From the NCBI GenBank assembly GCA_050084515.1, contig CM114271.1:17918001-17982000 (forward strand): 64,000 bases of DNA. The letters run 5' to 3'. Source of the DNA: Blasia pusilla. Taxonomy: Eukaryota. Positions within the stretch are counted from its first letter, which is position 1. Each line of letters begins with the position of its first letter. The position numbers and the translations under genes were made by a program. Positions 52,531-64,000 of the stretch are shown piece after piece. The notes below the pieces were generated by a model. That model searched no databases and had not been told where the DNA came from. It saw only the letters and a program-made list of their open reading frames with translations.

Positions 52531-54769
52531 TGGTCATCCTATCAAAATTCTCCTATCTTATACTATTGATTATTTGTTGACGTTCGACATCTTGTAATCT
52601 CTAGGCCAACCCACAAAAACTTCCTCTTTGATGTATTTCAAACAATTTTATCATAAAAAAGAACTAAGGCATATCAACCCTAGTGGATTCCACGTACATG
52701 AAGGAGTCATGAGGATCTTGAAATCAACTCTATATACTCCAAAGTTGATTGTATGGACTAAATATTACTCGTGTTTATTCTAGACTATATTAATTCCCAA
52801 CAACCTTGGGAGAATGTTGTTGGACTTTGGGAACTCGAAACCTAGAGCAAGAGTCCACAACAAAAATCCTCTTGTGTTAGACCACCCTAAGGCCACATTC
52901 ACAACTCTCCAATGTTAGGCAAGAATTTATTTTAATGTCATAGCCTCCGTGTTAAGCAATTGAAACATTATGGCCATGGTTATGTCTCTTAAGCATACTT
53001 ACTCTCCCACCCCACTTTGTCTCCTCCTCAAGGAGATGGCGATGTGAAGTGGGATTATTTAAGTCAATCGAAGTAGATAATATGCATGATAGAGGGGCCA
53101 TATGGATCAGAGGACGTAGTAGTGACCTTTCGGCCACCTTAGAGATTTTTTGAAGTTATTGATTAGGTTAGCAACTTGTTATGCAAGTTGGGATGAAGTG
53201 TGTGCATATGTAACCTTATTAGAGAGTCTTAGGGGCATGGAAAGAGGTATACCACAATGATAAGCTTGGAGGGGCACAAGTTTCTAAAGTTGAGCCTTCC
53301 ACGTAGAGGCTAGGGTAGGGTGCTATCGACGATGCATTAGACTTGGCTATGGATTCTCTCACATGGAGGATGGATTTTACTTGATTTTTATTTGGTGAGT
53401 CATACAATGGTGTATTTCCTAATGAATTCTCCATGCATGTAGAAAGATTTGTGAGTCCCAAAGATTGATCATATGCAATGTTGTTGTGGTTGTCTTGTGT
53501 TTGTCTCTCTATTGTCTTATGATCATGCATCAAATAAATTGGGTGAAATTTATGGGCATTGAAGTTTTGGGTTGGGAAGGAAGAGAAGACTAGAGTAATG
53601 ACAAGATACAATTCACTTTGACCATCTTGAGTGTGCAACTCCCACTAACATGATAATAGGTACTAAATGCATATCCCTTTGTAGACATGCGTGTTCTCAT
53701 GCCATCCAAGTGAACAAATAAATTTTTTTGGTTGGGTCCCTAGATATGAATCCTTTCGGTATTTATTAAAGAAGCAAAGTCAAGTGGAGGTAAGTAGATG
53801 CAAGTCAGCGTGGACTTTTGAGGTCCAACCTCAATCTATATAGTAGACGATTATTTCATCTAATGCTCCCTCACTCCTTGGAAGTTTTCATTATTGTATG
53901 CTCTTTTGACCTCCAGTGTTAAATATTTCTCATGGAATTCCAACCATAACATGGATTCAAAAGAAGAACTATGATCTAACCCATCTTAACTCTAGTATCA
54001 TGTGAAAGATTAGGTTGGGAAAAGTCAATATCTTCATGAACCATAATGTTTGTTTATTCTCTTGCATATGGAGAATCCCTTATCCCTCAACAATATTTCC
54101 TCCTCTTTTCCGATTTTCAGAAAAAAATTATGGAATTGTTTTCCGGTGCCTGATAAATGTGGCCTTGGTCTTTTTGGTTGGGTATTCTAAACACACTTGT
54201 TAACTTCTAAGAACTCATACAAACGTGTTCTTTGGATTTCCAATCCATCTACTTGATACTTTCTATTGGAAATAGTGTTTTAACACATTTGGAAGGTCTT
54301 CTACGGTTGTGTGTACTCCTCCCTTAGACGTTCTACTATAGGTCTCTAGTGCTCTAGTATGGTGAATGCAGGTAAGAGAATAAACTGGTGAGGAAATCTC
54401 CCTCAAGTATTTCTCGATTTCTGAAATACTCTCTCCAAATTATAGAAGTTCAAAATTGAAGATGTTGTAAACCTCCTAAAGCAAAATGAACCACTCAAGT
54501 ATTGTCAAAGCGAATTTCTCCCCTAGTTATGGCCTTCGGCAAGATTGAAAGTGCGCACTATACCGCACATTCACTACCAAGGGAAAAAATTCTTCTATAT
54601 AAGGACTCGACATTTGATGTTCAGATATCAATAATGAACCTCATAAAAAAAAATTTCAGGAAAAATGACCCAACAAAGGAAGTGGATTGCCAAGTTGGAT
54701 ATGGATCAAACATCCACATCTAGCAAAAAACTTTGTAAGATAAATTTGTAAGAGAATCTTCCCTCTTCT

Positions 54770-54930
54770 TTCACAAGAATGGGGTATTCAAATAAGGTCA
54801 AGGAGTTTCTCAACAAGCCCAAACTGCACTTTGAAATGCAATAGGTATAGGAGGAGGAGGACAAAGTCACTATGGCAATCACATTTTTAAAGGATTATAC
54901 GCTCCAATAATGGATAACTTGTCATGAGGA
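54770..54930 (+). pseudogene. Retrotransposon gag (Retrotrans_gag-like) remnant
   Basis: Translates as MGYSNKVKEFLNKPKLHFEMQ*V*EEEDKVTMAITFLKDYTLQ*W, matching the Ty3/gypsy gag pattern KV..A...L...A..WW. Confidence 0.6.
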
Positions 54931-56601
54931 ACATTGAAGTACTATGTCCTCTTGATAGTGTGGGCAATCAACATTGAAAGTGGGTTCCAATAATGGATAA
55001 CTATGTCCTCTTGAGAAGGAGGATTTCATAGTGTGGATTGGCAATCAACTCATTCCGGAGTACCAAGAGTTTCGGGATGGTGTGGAGTTTGTGTGTTTGA
55101 GGAAAGTGGGTTCCCTTAGCACTCGTATTTGTAGTTGAATGAAAAGTTGAACTCTTTGCCAAAGATTGATGAGTTTGCTAAGAAGATACTCTTCTTTATT
55201 AGGCTTAAGCCAAGTGTTGAAAAGCATCACAAATAGCTAACTCTATGGGGCCAAGGCTAGCAAATATTTGGGAAACAAGTCATGATCTCCGGACAAAGGC
55301 GGAGAGACCTTGGTGGAACCCACCAAAATTGAAACCTACACTAGCCACTTGGGAGACTAGAAAGGGCGGTAGAAACTACCGTGGGAAGAACGCGGGTGAA
55401 GGTGGGTGCACGGCTTAAGATTAAACGCCACGTAGGTTTTCAACAACATTGTCGTGAAGAATTTTCGAGACCCGGGCCAAGCAATAGTCGTACAACACCT
55501 GCATCTACCGCTATTACATGATTTCCATTGAAGAGACAAAAGGAATTCTATCCATGTAACCATCGGCAAAGATTTACCAACTACATGCCTCTCACGAGGT
55601 GGGTTCACAATCCCTAATCGAACCCCACGCACCATGTTACCTCACCTTTGGGCAAATATGGCCTATGCCATGGATTGGACCACTAGCATTTTTTCCACCC
55701 ATGTCTAGTGACACGAGCATGCTCTCCTTGACCTCTACATCTCAGCCCACCACTACCATTCAAATCTAGGGAATATGCCTATTGGTAGGAGCCGTAATGA
55801 AGTTCGACTCATTTTTGACATGTTCCAAAAAGTGAAGTGTATAAATAAGTGATCTTGTTCAACTTCTTGTTTCTTTACTTCAACTAACGGGGGCCTTCCT
55901 AGTTATTCTTGTCTTATCTTCCCTGGATTTAGGAGTTTGTCTTTCCTCTAGCATAATCCTCTCCACTTACGATCTGCTCCGCATATTCCCACACCTACTC
56001 CTGATTATCCACTTTGGCATGTTTCCGTACTCTACTGGTGATTATCACCTTGGCCTTCTAAACATTATAGCCAACCTCAGCCTCGTCTTCACTGGAGGAA
56101 TCAGCAACATGAGTTCAGCCAAAGAGTTGACAAGATGGTGTAAATGTGCATATCCATTCCATTTCCAGCATTGTCCAAATAGTGACTGGGTTTTCAGTGG
56201 GCTTTACTTTCTAATTCCAAAAAAAAAGACCAATAGAAAATATGGTACAAAGCATAATTTTAATTTGCCACAAAAATAAAGTCACAGATACAAAGGCTGC
56301 AAATGACAAGGGAGCCCACTACAATTACCTGCAACGGAAAGTCATTACTTGCTAGAATCACAGTAAAGCTCAATCCAAGCAAAGAAGGGTCATGTGTCCA
56401 AGGGTTTTCCGTTTTTACGAAAGAGATGTATAGTTTAGCCAGGAGAAAAAACTGGCACCTAATCAATCAGTCTACAAAAGCTCCCAATTTTCACTCTACA
56501 AGGTCTGATTTTTTAATAGGTCAAAACCCTCTTGAATTTATTGGCGGCAAAAAATAAACAAACAATAAGTACATCCTAAAGGAGCAGGCTTTGCCTGTCA
56601 C

Positions 56602-59600
56602 TTACGACTTACCAAATGCAGCTGTGCACTGAGCCATCACTTTAGAGGCCCGCGATATAGAATCAGTCATGTAAAAGTTCTCAATGACCTTTTGGAAAGG
56701 TGTCAACTGCAACTTTGATTTTGGTTCAGGTAAACTAGATTTTGGCAGTGGTGTGGCAGGCTCCAGCTCATCGACATGAAACAAATTAGGGGCCACAGCA
56801 AGCATGCGGGCCCTGACGCCATTCACTGTGTCGTAAGGCAGCGTAACTCCTGCAAATTCAGAAAGAGCCCGGATGATTTTCCAATCATCTCGCGCATCAC
56901 CGACAGTGGGAACTGCAGGGCTGGATTGTTGAGTGCGACCTTCAGTGTTTTCATATGTTCCTTCCTTCTCACTGTAAGCAACTCCAGGGAGAATCACATT
57001 AGCTCGGTAGGCACTCCTATCTCCATGATGACCTTGGTAGACAACAAAAGCATCCTCAGGGATGTCTTTTGGAGTCAAATCATCTGCCCCCATGAGATAG
57101 AGGAACTTGATACTTTTCTTGTCACCACTTGCAGCTCTGGCACCTGGAACGAATCCCAGATCAAGGCCAGCAGCTTGTGCAGCATTCAAAAGCAGGAAGT
57201 TGTAACCATTCCAATCATCTCTGATAACATTTGCTTGTTGTGCAATGGCTTGTACAGCAGCCAGAACAGCCTCCTTATCCTTTCGCAGCAATACTCCAGA
57301 TCCCACAATGATACTGGGGTATTTCGCTTGGCTCAAAACCGCGGCAAAAGGATGGTTACCCTGTGCTACTGAGAGCAAAGTATCGGTGCTGGTACCCAAG
57401 TGGTCAAACTTGAAGTGCAAATCCATGGCAGGGCCAATAGCGGCCACTTTTGCTCTCGAGTTTCTCACAGCTTTCCTGAGCCTATGATTCAGTAAGGGTG
57501 CCTCGTGCCGGAGCTTCACAAACAACAAACCAGTTGCTAACACGTCAGGCTATCTCATTCTAATCCTTGGCTGCAAATCTGTGCCAAACCATCTAGAAAG
57601 GTCTACCTGAACAGGAACACCGATCCAGCGACTCCAACCTTGAATTCCTGCCACACTAATAACTTAAAACTCTACAATTGTGGCATGATCATAGAAAGAA
57701 CACATGGATTGTATGGCATTCTTATGGACAACATGAAACCTGAGAAAATAACTGAAGGATTCTTCCTACAGCAAGAGGTCAGGACCACTGGGTGGGAAGT
57801 TCATAAGTTCCAATTTCTCTTGGCTCACCTGAGTGCCAACAAGAAGGCATGCATCCGTAAGCTCAAGCCCTGCAATGGTGGAGTTGACAAGATAATTTGA
57901 ACGTAAATCTGCGACAGTGTCCTCTCCATTTCCTTCGACCCATAGCCTCTCACATCCTAACCTGTTCAAAAGGTCCTTCAAAGCCATCATTGACTCTGCA
58001 TCCGACAGCTTTCCAGCAATACCTGCCATCTCATCTGGATTGACCTTCACGGCTGCATCAGCAACAGTTTGGAGGGCCTTACGCCAAGAAACCACCTCGA
58101 GTGATCCATCTGGTCGGCGCATCATAGGTTCATTCAGTCTTTGGCGTTTCAGGCCATCATAACAGAAGCGTGCCTTGTCTGATATCCACTCCTCGTTCAC
58201 TTCCTACACTCATACACTTAAAATGAATGAGTATAATGAGATGATGATTATGATGTGACAGCAACACACCCACCTATGACTGGGTGAACAAGAATCAGCA
58301 TGTACTATTTCATAACCAGGGCTAGGCAAGGGAATCCTGACTAGTTCTAGAGAATCTTGAAACCAAAGGATCTGCATCATACTCGTCTGAGTACCAGTTG
58401 AGTATTGATGCTCTCACAGCCTGCAAAGAGAAAAAAAAAAAAGAGAAAAAAAAAGAGACAAGAACACCTAAAGCTTTTCAGTTCTCTTGAAGACCAAATT
58501 TCTGTAGTAAAGTTTTATTCTAATGATCTTATGAATTTAAGTGATCCTCATTTTGTAGCAGGATCAGCCTTTGGCTCCACACATCTAGTGAGTAAATTGG
58601 ACGACTCTTCCAGCTGTACCATCATGACGTACGACCAGAACCACTTGCTACACTCTTAGTCAGTGACTTAGCTGAGTTTCTCAATCCCGCTGCAGAATTC
58701 AATTTGAAGCTGGCCCTCACTTTAAAAGATGACAGTAGTGAACTTTTAGGGGGACCACAGAGGGTTATGCATGACATTCATGACTGACATGATTCTCTTG
58801 TCTCTACAGCTACTAGAAGACACGAGGCAAGTTGATTAGGCTTGTTTCCTATCAGCTTCTTTATGACTTATTAGGATGAACTGAAGATGGCCATATAAAT
58901 CACCTGACACCCATACAAACAAAAGCAGCAGTGTGCAAACAGTATATATAGATTGTGGATTTTGTTGAACTCATGTGAAGATTAGTTGGGATCCAGCAGT
59001 GGTAGATTGTTGGGTTGTGGAATTGGTGCAAAAACCTCATTGAGTCGAGGTAGGATGCGCATAACTTCTGGACCTCGGCTATCAATTCGGATATTGGCTC
59101 CTATTGCATCTGAAACATCAATACTCTCAGTGCTCTTCAGCTCCCAACTCCTTGATGTGAACGCAGAAGGCTTAGCTGTCAGTGCCCCAACTGGACAAAT
59201 ATCAATCACATTGCCTGACATCTCGCTAACCATCAGCTGCTCAACGTAGGTTCCAATCTCTTCACTACCTCCACGTCCCAGAACACCCAAGTCCTGCACT
59301 CCGGCAATCTCTGTGGCAAACCTCACACACCTGAATATTCAAAAGAGATCGAATCGATTAGGGCACCAAAGTTCCTGGCATCTTCCAGAACAGGGGAAGT
59401 GTCATCACCTGTTCCAACACTCTAGTACCTCATGTTTGGTAATTTCATCTCTCTTCACCTATCAGCATCTTCAACCAATAAGTTTGAACTACGAAAAAAT
59501 CCTGTTCCTGATTATATCCCACGAGTAGGAACTTTCCCCAGATGCCGAATAGGAACCAGGCATTCAGTGACTCTAAGTCAGCTATCTTGAATGAACCATT

Positions 59601-60831
59601 GTCTGGCAAATAGTTGAGACTTTGAAGAGGTTGAAGTGTACATCATGGGGATGAATAGACACTGTCCGACTCTGAGACAATCCGAATCTTCTATCAACTA
59701 CCAGCACCGAAAAAGGGGAAGAGAAGTTCGTAAAATACTCAGACTGACCGATATTTTAACCCAACTCCATGCTCTACTTCGGTAAGATCGCAGACCCACA
59801 GACCATCTCACTAGGAGCAAGCATGGGTTGATGCGGTTGACCTCGGGACAAGAGTTGTGAGCAAACCTTGTGCATTGAATACACCGAGTCATGACCGTCT
59901 TAACCAGAGGACCCAAATTCTTGTCCACAACGCTTCGCTTCGCCTCGATGAACCTTCCACGATCAGATCCGTAAACCATCGACTGATCCTGTAAGTCGCA
60001 CTCGCCTCCCTGATCGCAAATCGGGCAGTCCAGAGGATGATTGATAAGCAGAAACTCCATCACACCCTCTCTTGCTTTCTTGACGAGCGGTGTGTTGGTT
60101 TTGATTTTCATCCCTGTTCATCATACCCCACCCTAAGTCATTACCTCTCCTCCAGACTGGAATCGCCGCAACGAGACCACGAGTAAGTGGATTTACGGGA
60201 TGCTTACAGATGGGTGAACAGAACGGAGACTAGGAGTGAAGCAATCAGAAAAAAACGAACAGAAACAAAGAAGCACTGAACAAATTGGACAACGAATTGA
60301 CAGAGGAGAGCGAGACTCACCTGGAATGGCAGGCATGGCGCAGGAAGCCACAGGTTTGGGAGTCTTCTCCACCTCAACAAGGCACATGCGGCAATTGCCG
60401 GCAATCGAGAGACGCGGGTGGTAACAGAACCTAGGAATATCGACCCCCGCAGCCTCGCAGGCTTGCAGCACCGTCATCCCCTTGACGATGTTCACAGGAT
60501 TCCCATCCACATTCACTTCGATGTAATCCTCCTCCTTATACACCTTCGGCCCCACCGCGGGCATCGCAGCGGAGCTCGCATGGCGCACTCCAGCCAAACG
60601 CACACCACTTCCCCATTTCCAACTCTCCCCTCGCTTCTCCGCCTGCCCATACAACCTCCCTCTGATCCCTGCGTACCACGCCACTCCCGAATGCAATCCC
60701 CGCAGTCGCTGCTGTCCCGATCCTGACTGCGCCGCTGCACAATCCCCCACCGGCGACGAAATTCTGCGAGGCCCTGCTCCCCCCGTCCACCCACGCACTC
60801 CCAACGGATATCTCCTGCACCGCGGAGCCAT
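56602..60831 (-). CDS. NDUFS1: NADH:ubiquinone oxidoreductase 75-kDa Fe-S subunit, mitochondrial precursor (779 aa)
   Basis: Exons 60831-60321, 60113-59867, 59330-59036, 58203-57829 and 57513-56602 total 2340 nt with consistent phases. Fe-S motifs: [64 protein letters not shown]. Also [11 protein letters not shown] and the C-terminal [12 protein letters not shown]. The N-terminus is Arg/Gly-rich and presequence-like. The start ATG is inferred. Confidence 0.95.
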
Positions 60832-62830
60832 CCTGCACCCTCGCGCTCGCGCTCGACCTCTCCCCCACAGATCGAACACGGAGCTGCACCTCCTCCCTCC
60901 CTCCCAACGGAGACTTGCTGTTCGTCTCTCTCCGTGTCTGTCTGTCAGTCCGTATTTCTGTATTTCTTTCTTTCTTCGTGTGTTTCCGGTGCAAAAGCTC
61001 GAGGGAGGAAGGCTTCGTAAGCGCACGGGCGATTTAGTTGCCCTTTCCTTTCGTAGGCCGACACGCAACGGGAACGCCCTATATTCGCCTGCTGCGCCTG
61101 TCGCCCGGACGGACTAGCATCGCGGCTTTGTTGCGAATGACAGGGCGACTCAAAGGGCGTGAGGACATACGGAGCTCCCGTAGTGTCCTTCATAAAGGAA
61201 ATCAAAAGTCAATCAAGAAGACATAGGTATTTCACATACATCCTCTTCGGATCCTTTTATTGTTGACACGTGTCTTTTTAATGTCCGTGTGCCATACAAG
61301 AATAATTAAATTAACGAGAAAATTGTCACTCGTGCATCGCAATACACTAGTATGCACGAGTGAAAGAGAGCTCAAGGAGACAAAGTTTGTGCGTTTCAAA
61401 AGAACTTGCATGCCTTGGTTCAAAAAGAGCGACACATGTCAATTATTTACGGGTCAAGAAAGACGGATTCATAAGCTTGAATTTAAGTTTATCATCGTGG
61501 AAATTTCCACGCTTGTAGTTTCTCTTGTGGCAATTGCTCTAAGTGGCCCCATTAGTTTGTGTAATATTATCCGAGATACCGATAGGTTCCGGCTAATGAT
61601 GCACCCAAAGACCCACCCTACAAAACTTGTCAGATAGTAAAAAGAAGGTTGTAAAGTATCCTATGATGCTCTATATGGGATGCTCTTGCATTGTTGCTTT
61701 GAAAAACTCGAGAGCACATCAATTTGGGAGTACTTGTGTTTCTTGCCCCATGGGGCCCATCCTCTATGTCTTTTTGACAAGCCCTATCCAAATATTTCCA
61801 ACCTTTTTTGGGGGCTTCCATAACTCAAAAGCCTTTCGTGTAAGAAAATAACTCATGAATAAATCATTCTCTATATTCAAAATCTACAACATACAAAATA
61901 ATCTAGTTCATGTGTGCATTCTTAACAAAGCTTTGATGGAACTTGAACAAAAAAAAACCCCACTCTTGAGATTGTAAAACCATTCATGCTGGTAAGTGTA
62001 GGTAGAAGGGTACCACTTCAACCACTCTATTGTCCCCTCAAATAGGGTACACGTTTTGATGAACATGAAAAAAAACTTGATTTCGAATAATACCTTCATG
62101 TATGTAATTGTATAAAACTCATAGCACGTGTGAAAGGGCACATCTTCACTTTTAAATCACCTCGTATGCCTGTTAAACTTGTGAAGCCACTTGTCAAACA
62201 CTACACGTGTTAGCATCAGAGGAGGCAAAAATGTACGCTTGTCAACGCACGAGGAAGGGGTTTTGAAACCCCCTCCTCCTCTTTTAATAATAAAGTTTGT
62301 ATAAAATCTAGGCTTATTTTCCAAGAAGAAAAGTCTTCATAAAAATAAATTTAAGGTTTAATTTCCTTTAGATGCAAGAAAATATGAGTTTTGATTTTTA
62401 ATAAAGAAGGAAAAAAATGGGATGAATTTTCAATATGAAAGGGGAATGATAAACTGACAGATTTTCCATGAGGGTTGGTTTTTTCAAAAAAAAAAAAAAT
62501 TTTTAATTAGAGAAAAGAGGAGAGATATGATTGAATTTCTCTAGAAGAGAGGAGAAAGAAAAGGAAAAGCTCTCTACACGAGAGAGACACATGAGAAAAT
62601 TTCAAATTTTAAACAAAGATCCTAAGGAATTTTTGTGAAAAGTTTCATCATTTTGTTATTTGGGTTCGCCTCCTTTTTGGCAAGCTCTCCTTAAGATGAA
62701 AATATCCAATGGGGAAAGTTTTCATATCACAATTTTATGACAGAAAAAAAATAGCCAACTATACCCAACTTTTTTTCTCATTGTTGGAACTTCATTCATT
62801 TAAATTACATTCCAATTTTTCACTTTCATC

Positions 62831-63043
62831 CTAGTAACGTGCATTGCAAAACTCCAAACTAGACAGTACCCTTGCTCCGCACAGGTGAAAAAACATAGCC
62901 GAATCCAAACTCGGGAGCAGAGCACGTGTAATCCATGGAAGAAGATAATGGATTAAGAGGAAGAATCTTGTTGGTCCAAAACGACATGTATCATGAGGAG
63001 ACGTGACACGTCTTATAAGGGCACCCTCCTATAATAATATAGA
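62831..63043 (-). mobile_element. Putative mini-Helitron (~213 bp)
   Basis: The minus-strand 5' end is A|TCTATATTATTATAGGAG at 63043. The 3' end TTGCAATGCACGTTACTAG ends at 62831, with a G flank. The subterminal TTGGTCCAAAACGACATGT is shared with the 10917 element. Confidence 0.5.
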
Positions 63044-64000
63044 TTAGTAGTTTTCAAAAAGAGAGAGAAAGAAAGATAAGTTTAAATTTTCAATAGGGAC
63101 GGAAAAGAAAGAAAAGGACCAAAATTCATGAAGTATATGGGAGTGTGTCAATAAACAAAATTACACAATTTTGGATAGGAGCAAAGAGGGGAGATTTTAA
63201 GAGCATCCATGGGACATATGCATATTCTATAGAAACTTAATGAGGGCACATCTATCCCCATCCACTTCGAGTGAAGGATGAGAGGATTCCATCTGTGTAT
63301 CTATGTCTTTGTCCTTCAAAAGAAACAAGAGAGACGACAAGAGAAGGGAGGAAGGGATGAATAGAGAAAGAAAGAATGGATTGACAAAAAGAGGGTTGGC
63401 ACAAATCTTCTCCATCTCTCATAGAATAAAAGTACAAAATGAGAAAGACTAAAAATGAATTGGCTAGCATAGAGAAATAAAAGAATCGAACCATCTATTC
63501 TATGAAGAGAAGAGGTACAAAGTCATATATGGATAAAAATGATGAGCTCTCTGTAAGAGGTTTAAGAGGATCTCCTTGATCAAGTACCATGAAAACATCA
63601 AACATGATTATGCATTTTTCACACCTACACACCAAAATATCATTAAGCTTTCTAAAACCAACTAGAAGTTTAGAGAATATGCAATGCACACAATTGGGTG
63701 AATAGAAATAAAAACATTAACTAAAAGACCAAATGAAGATTCAATAATGGGAAAAAACTACCTTGACTATTTTTTAAAAAGAAATTATGATACAAAAATG
63801 GATATTTCTGGCATAGTATTTTGACAATGGAAAGTCAACTTGGAAAATTTAATTCCTTTTTTGAATATTTATGGTGCAAAAAGAATGAAGAAATACAATA
63901 TGACGCCTTTGGAAACATATCTCAATTTTGGAGTATAACATGCAAGAAGTAATAATATTATAAATACAATTTTTAGTGAAGGTTTTCTACTATGAAAAAG

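Noticed and set aside
53219..53638. 139-aa ORF with faint RNase H-like words (HDHKTIE, LHVRES)
   Set aside because: The similarity is too weak to assign. Probably old TE debris.
56776..57487. Plus-strand ORFs of 198 and 80 aa
   Set aside because: They are antisense shadows of the NDUFS1 last exon.
56602..60831. Organellar insertion (NUMT) or bacterial nuoG transfer
   Set aside because: The gene has spliceosomal introns and a targeting presequence, so it is an ordinary nuclear gene.

Overview
This is eukaryotic land-plant nuclear DNA. GT-AG introns, the gene content and the TE types suggest a non-seed plant such as a bryophyte, which is an inference only. Four spliced protein-coding genes can be reconstructed with consistent splice phases: (1) a small 160-aa protein (+, 5246-6601); (2) a QWRF/AUG8-family microtubule-associated protein (-, 19118-23425); (3) a BAT1/GABP-like amino-acid permease (-, 36347-40726) with a 19-nt microexon and a tandemly duplicated first splice donor; (4) the mitochondrial complex I 75-kDa subunit (-, 56602-60831). 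The intergenic space is mostly decayed transposons. These include an intron-containing Helitron Pif1 helicase at the left edge plus two older copies, a set of short non-autonomous Helitrons recognisable from shared termini, a PIF/Harbinger transposase relic, nested LTR retrotransposons at about 45-50 kb, a gag relic and a GC-rich hAT/MITE-like repeat island. Several perfect hairpins, local duplications and unexplained CpG-rich islands also occur. I found no CRISPR array, RNA gene or clearly novel multi-gene system. The most unusual items are the mini-Helitron family with possible 3'-end bypass and capture, the duplicated splice donor in the permease gene, and the unexplained GC-rich island at 17.4-18.8 kb.
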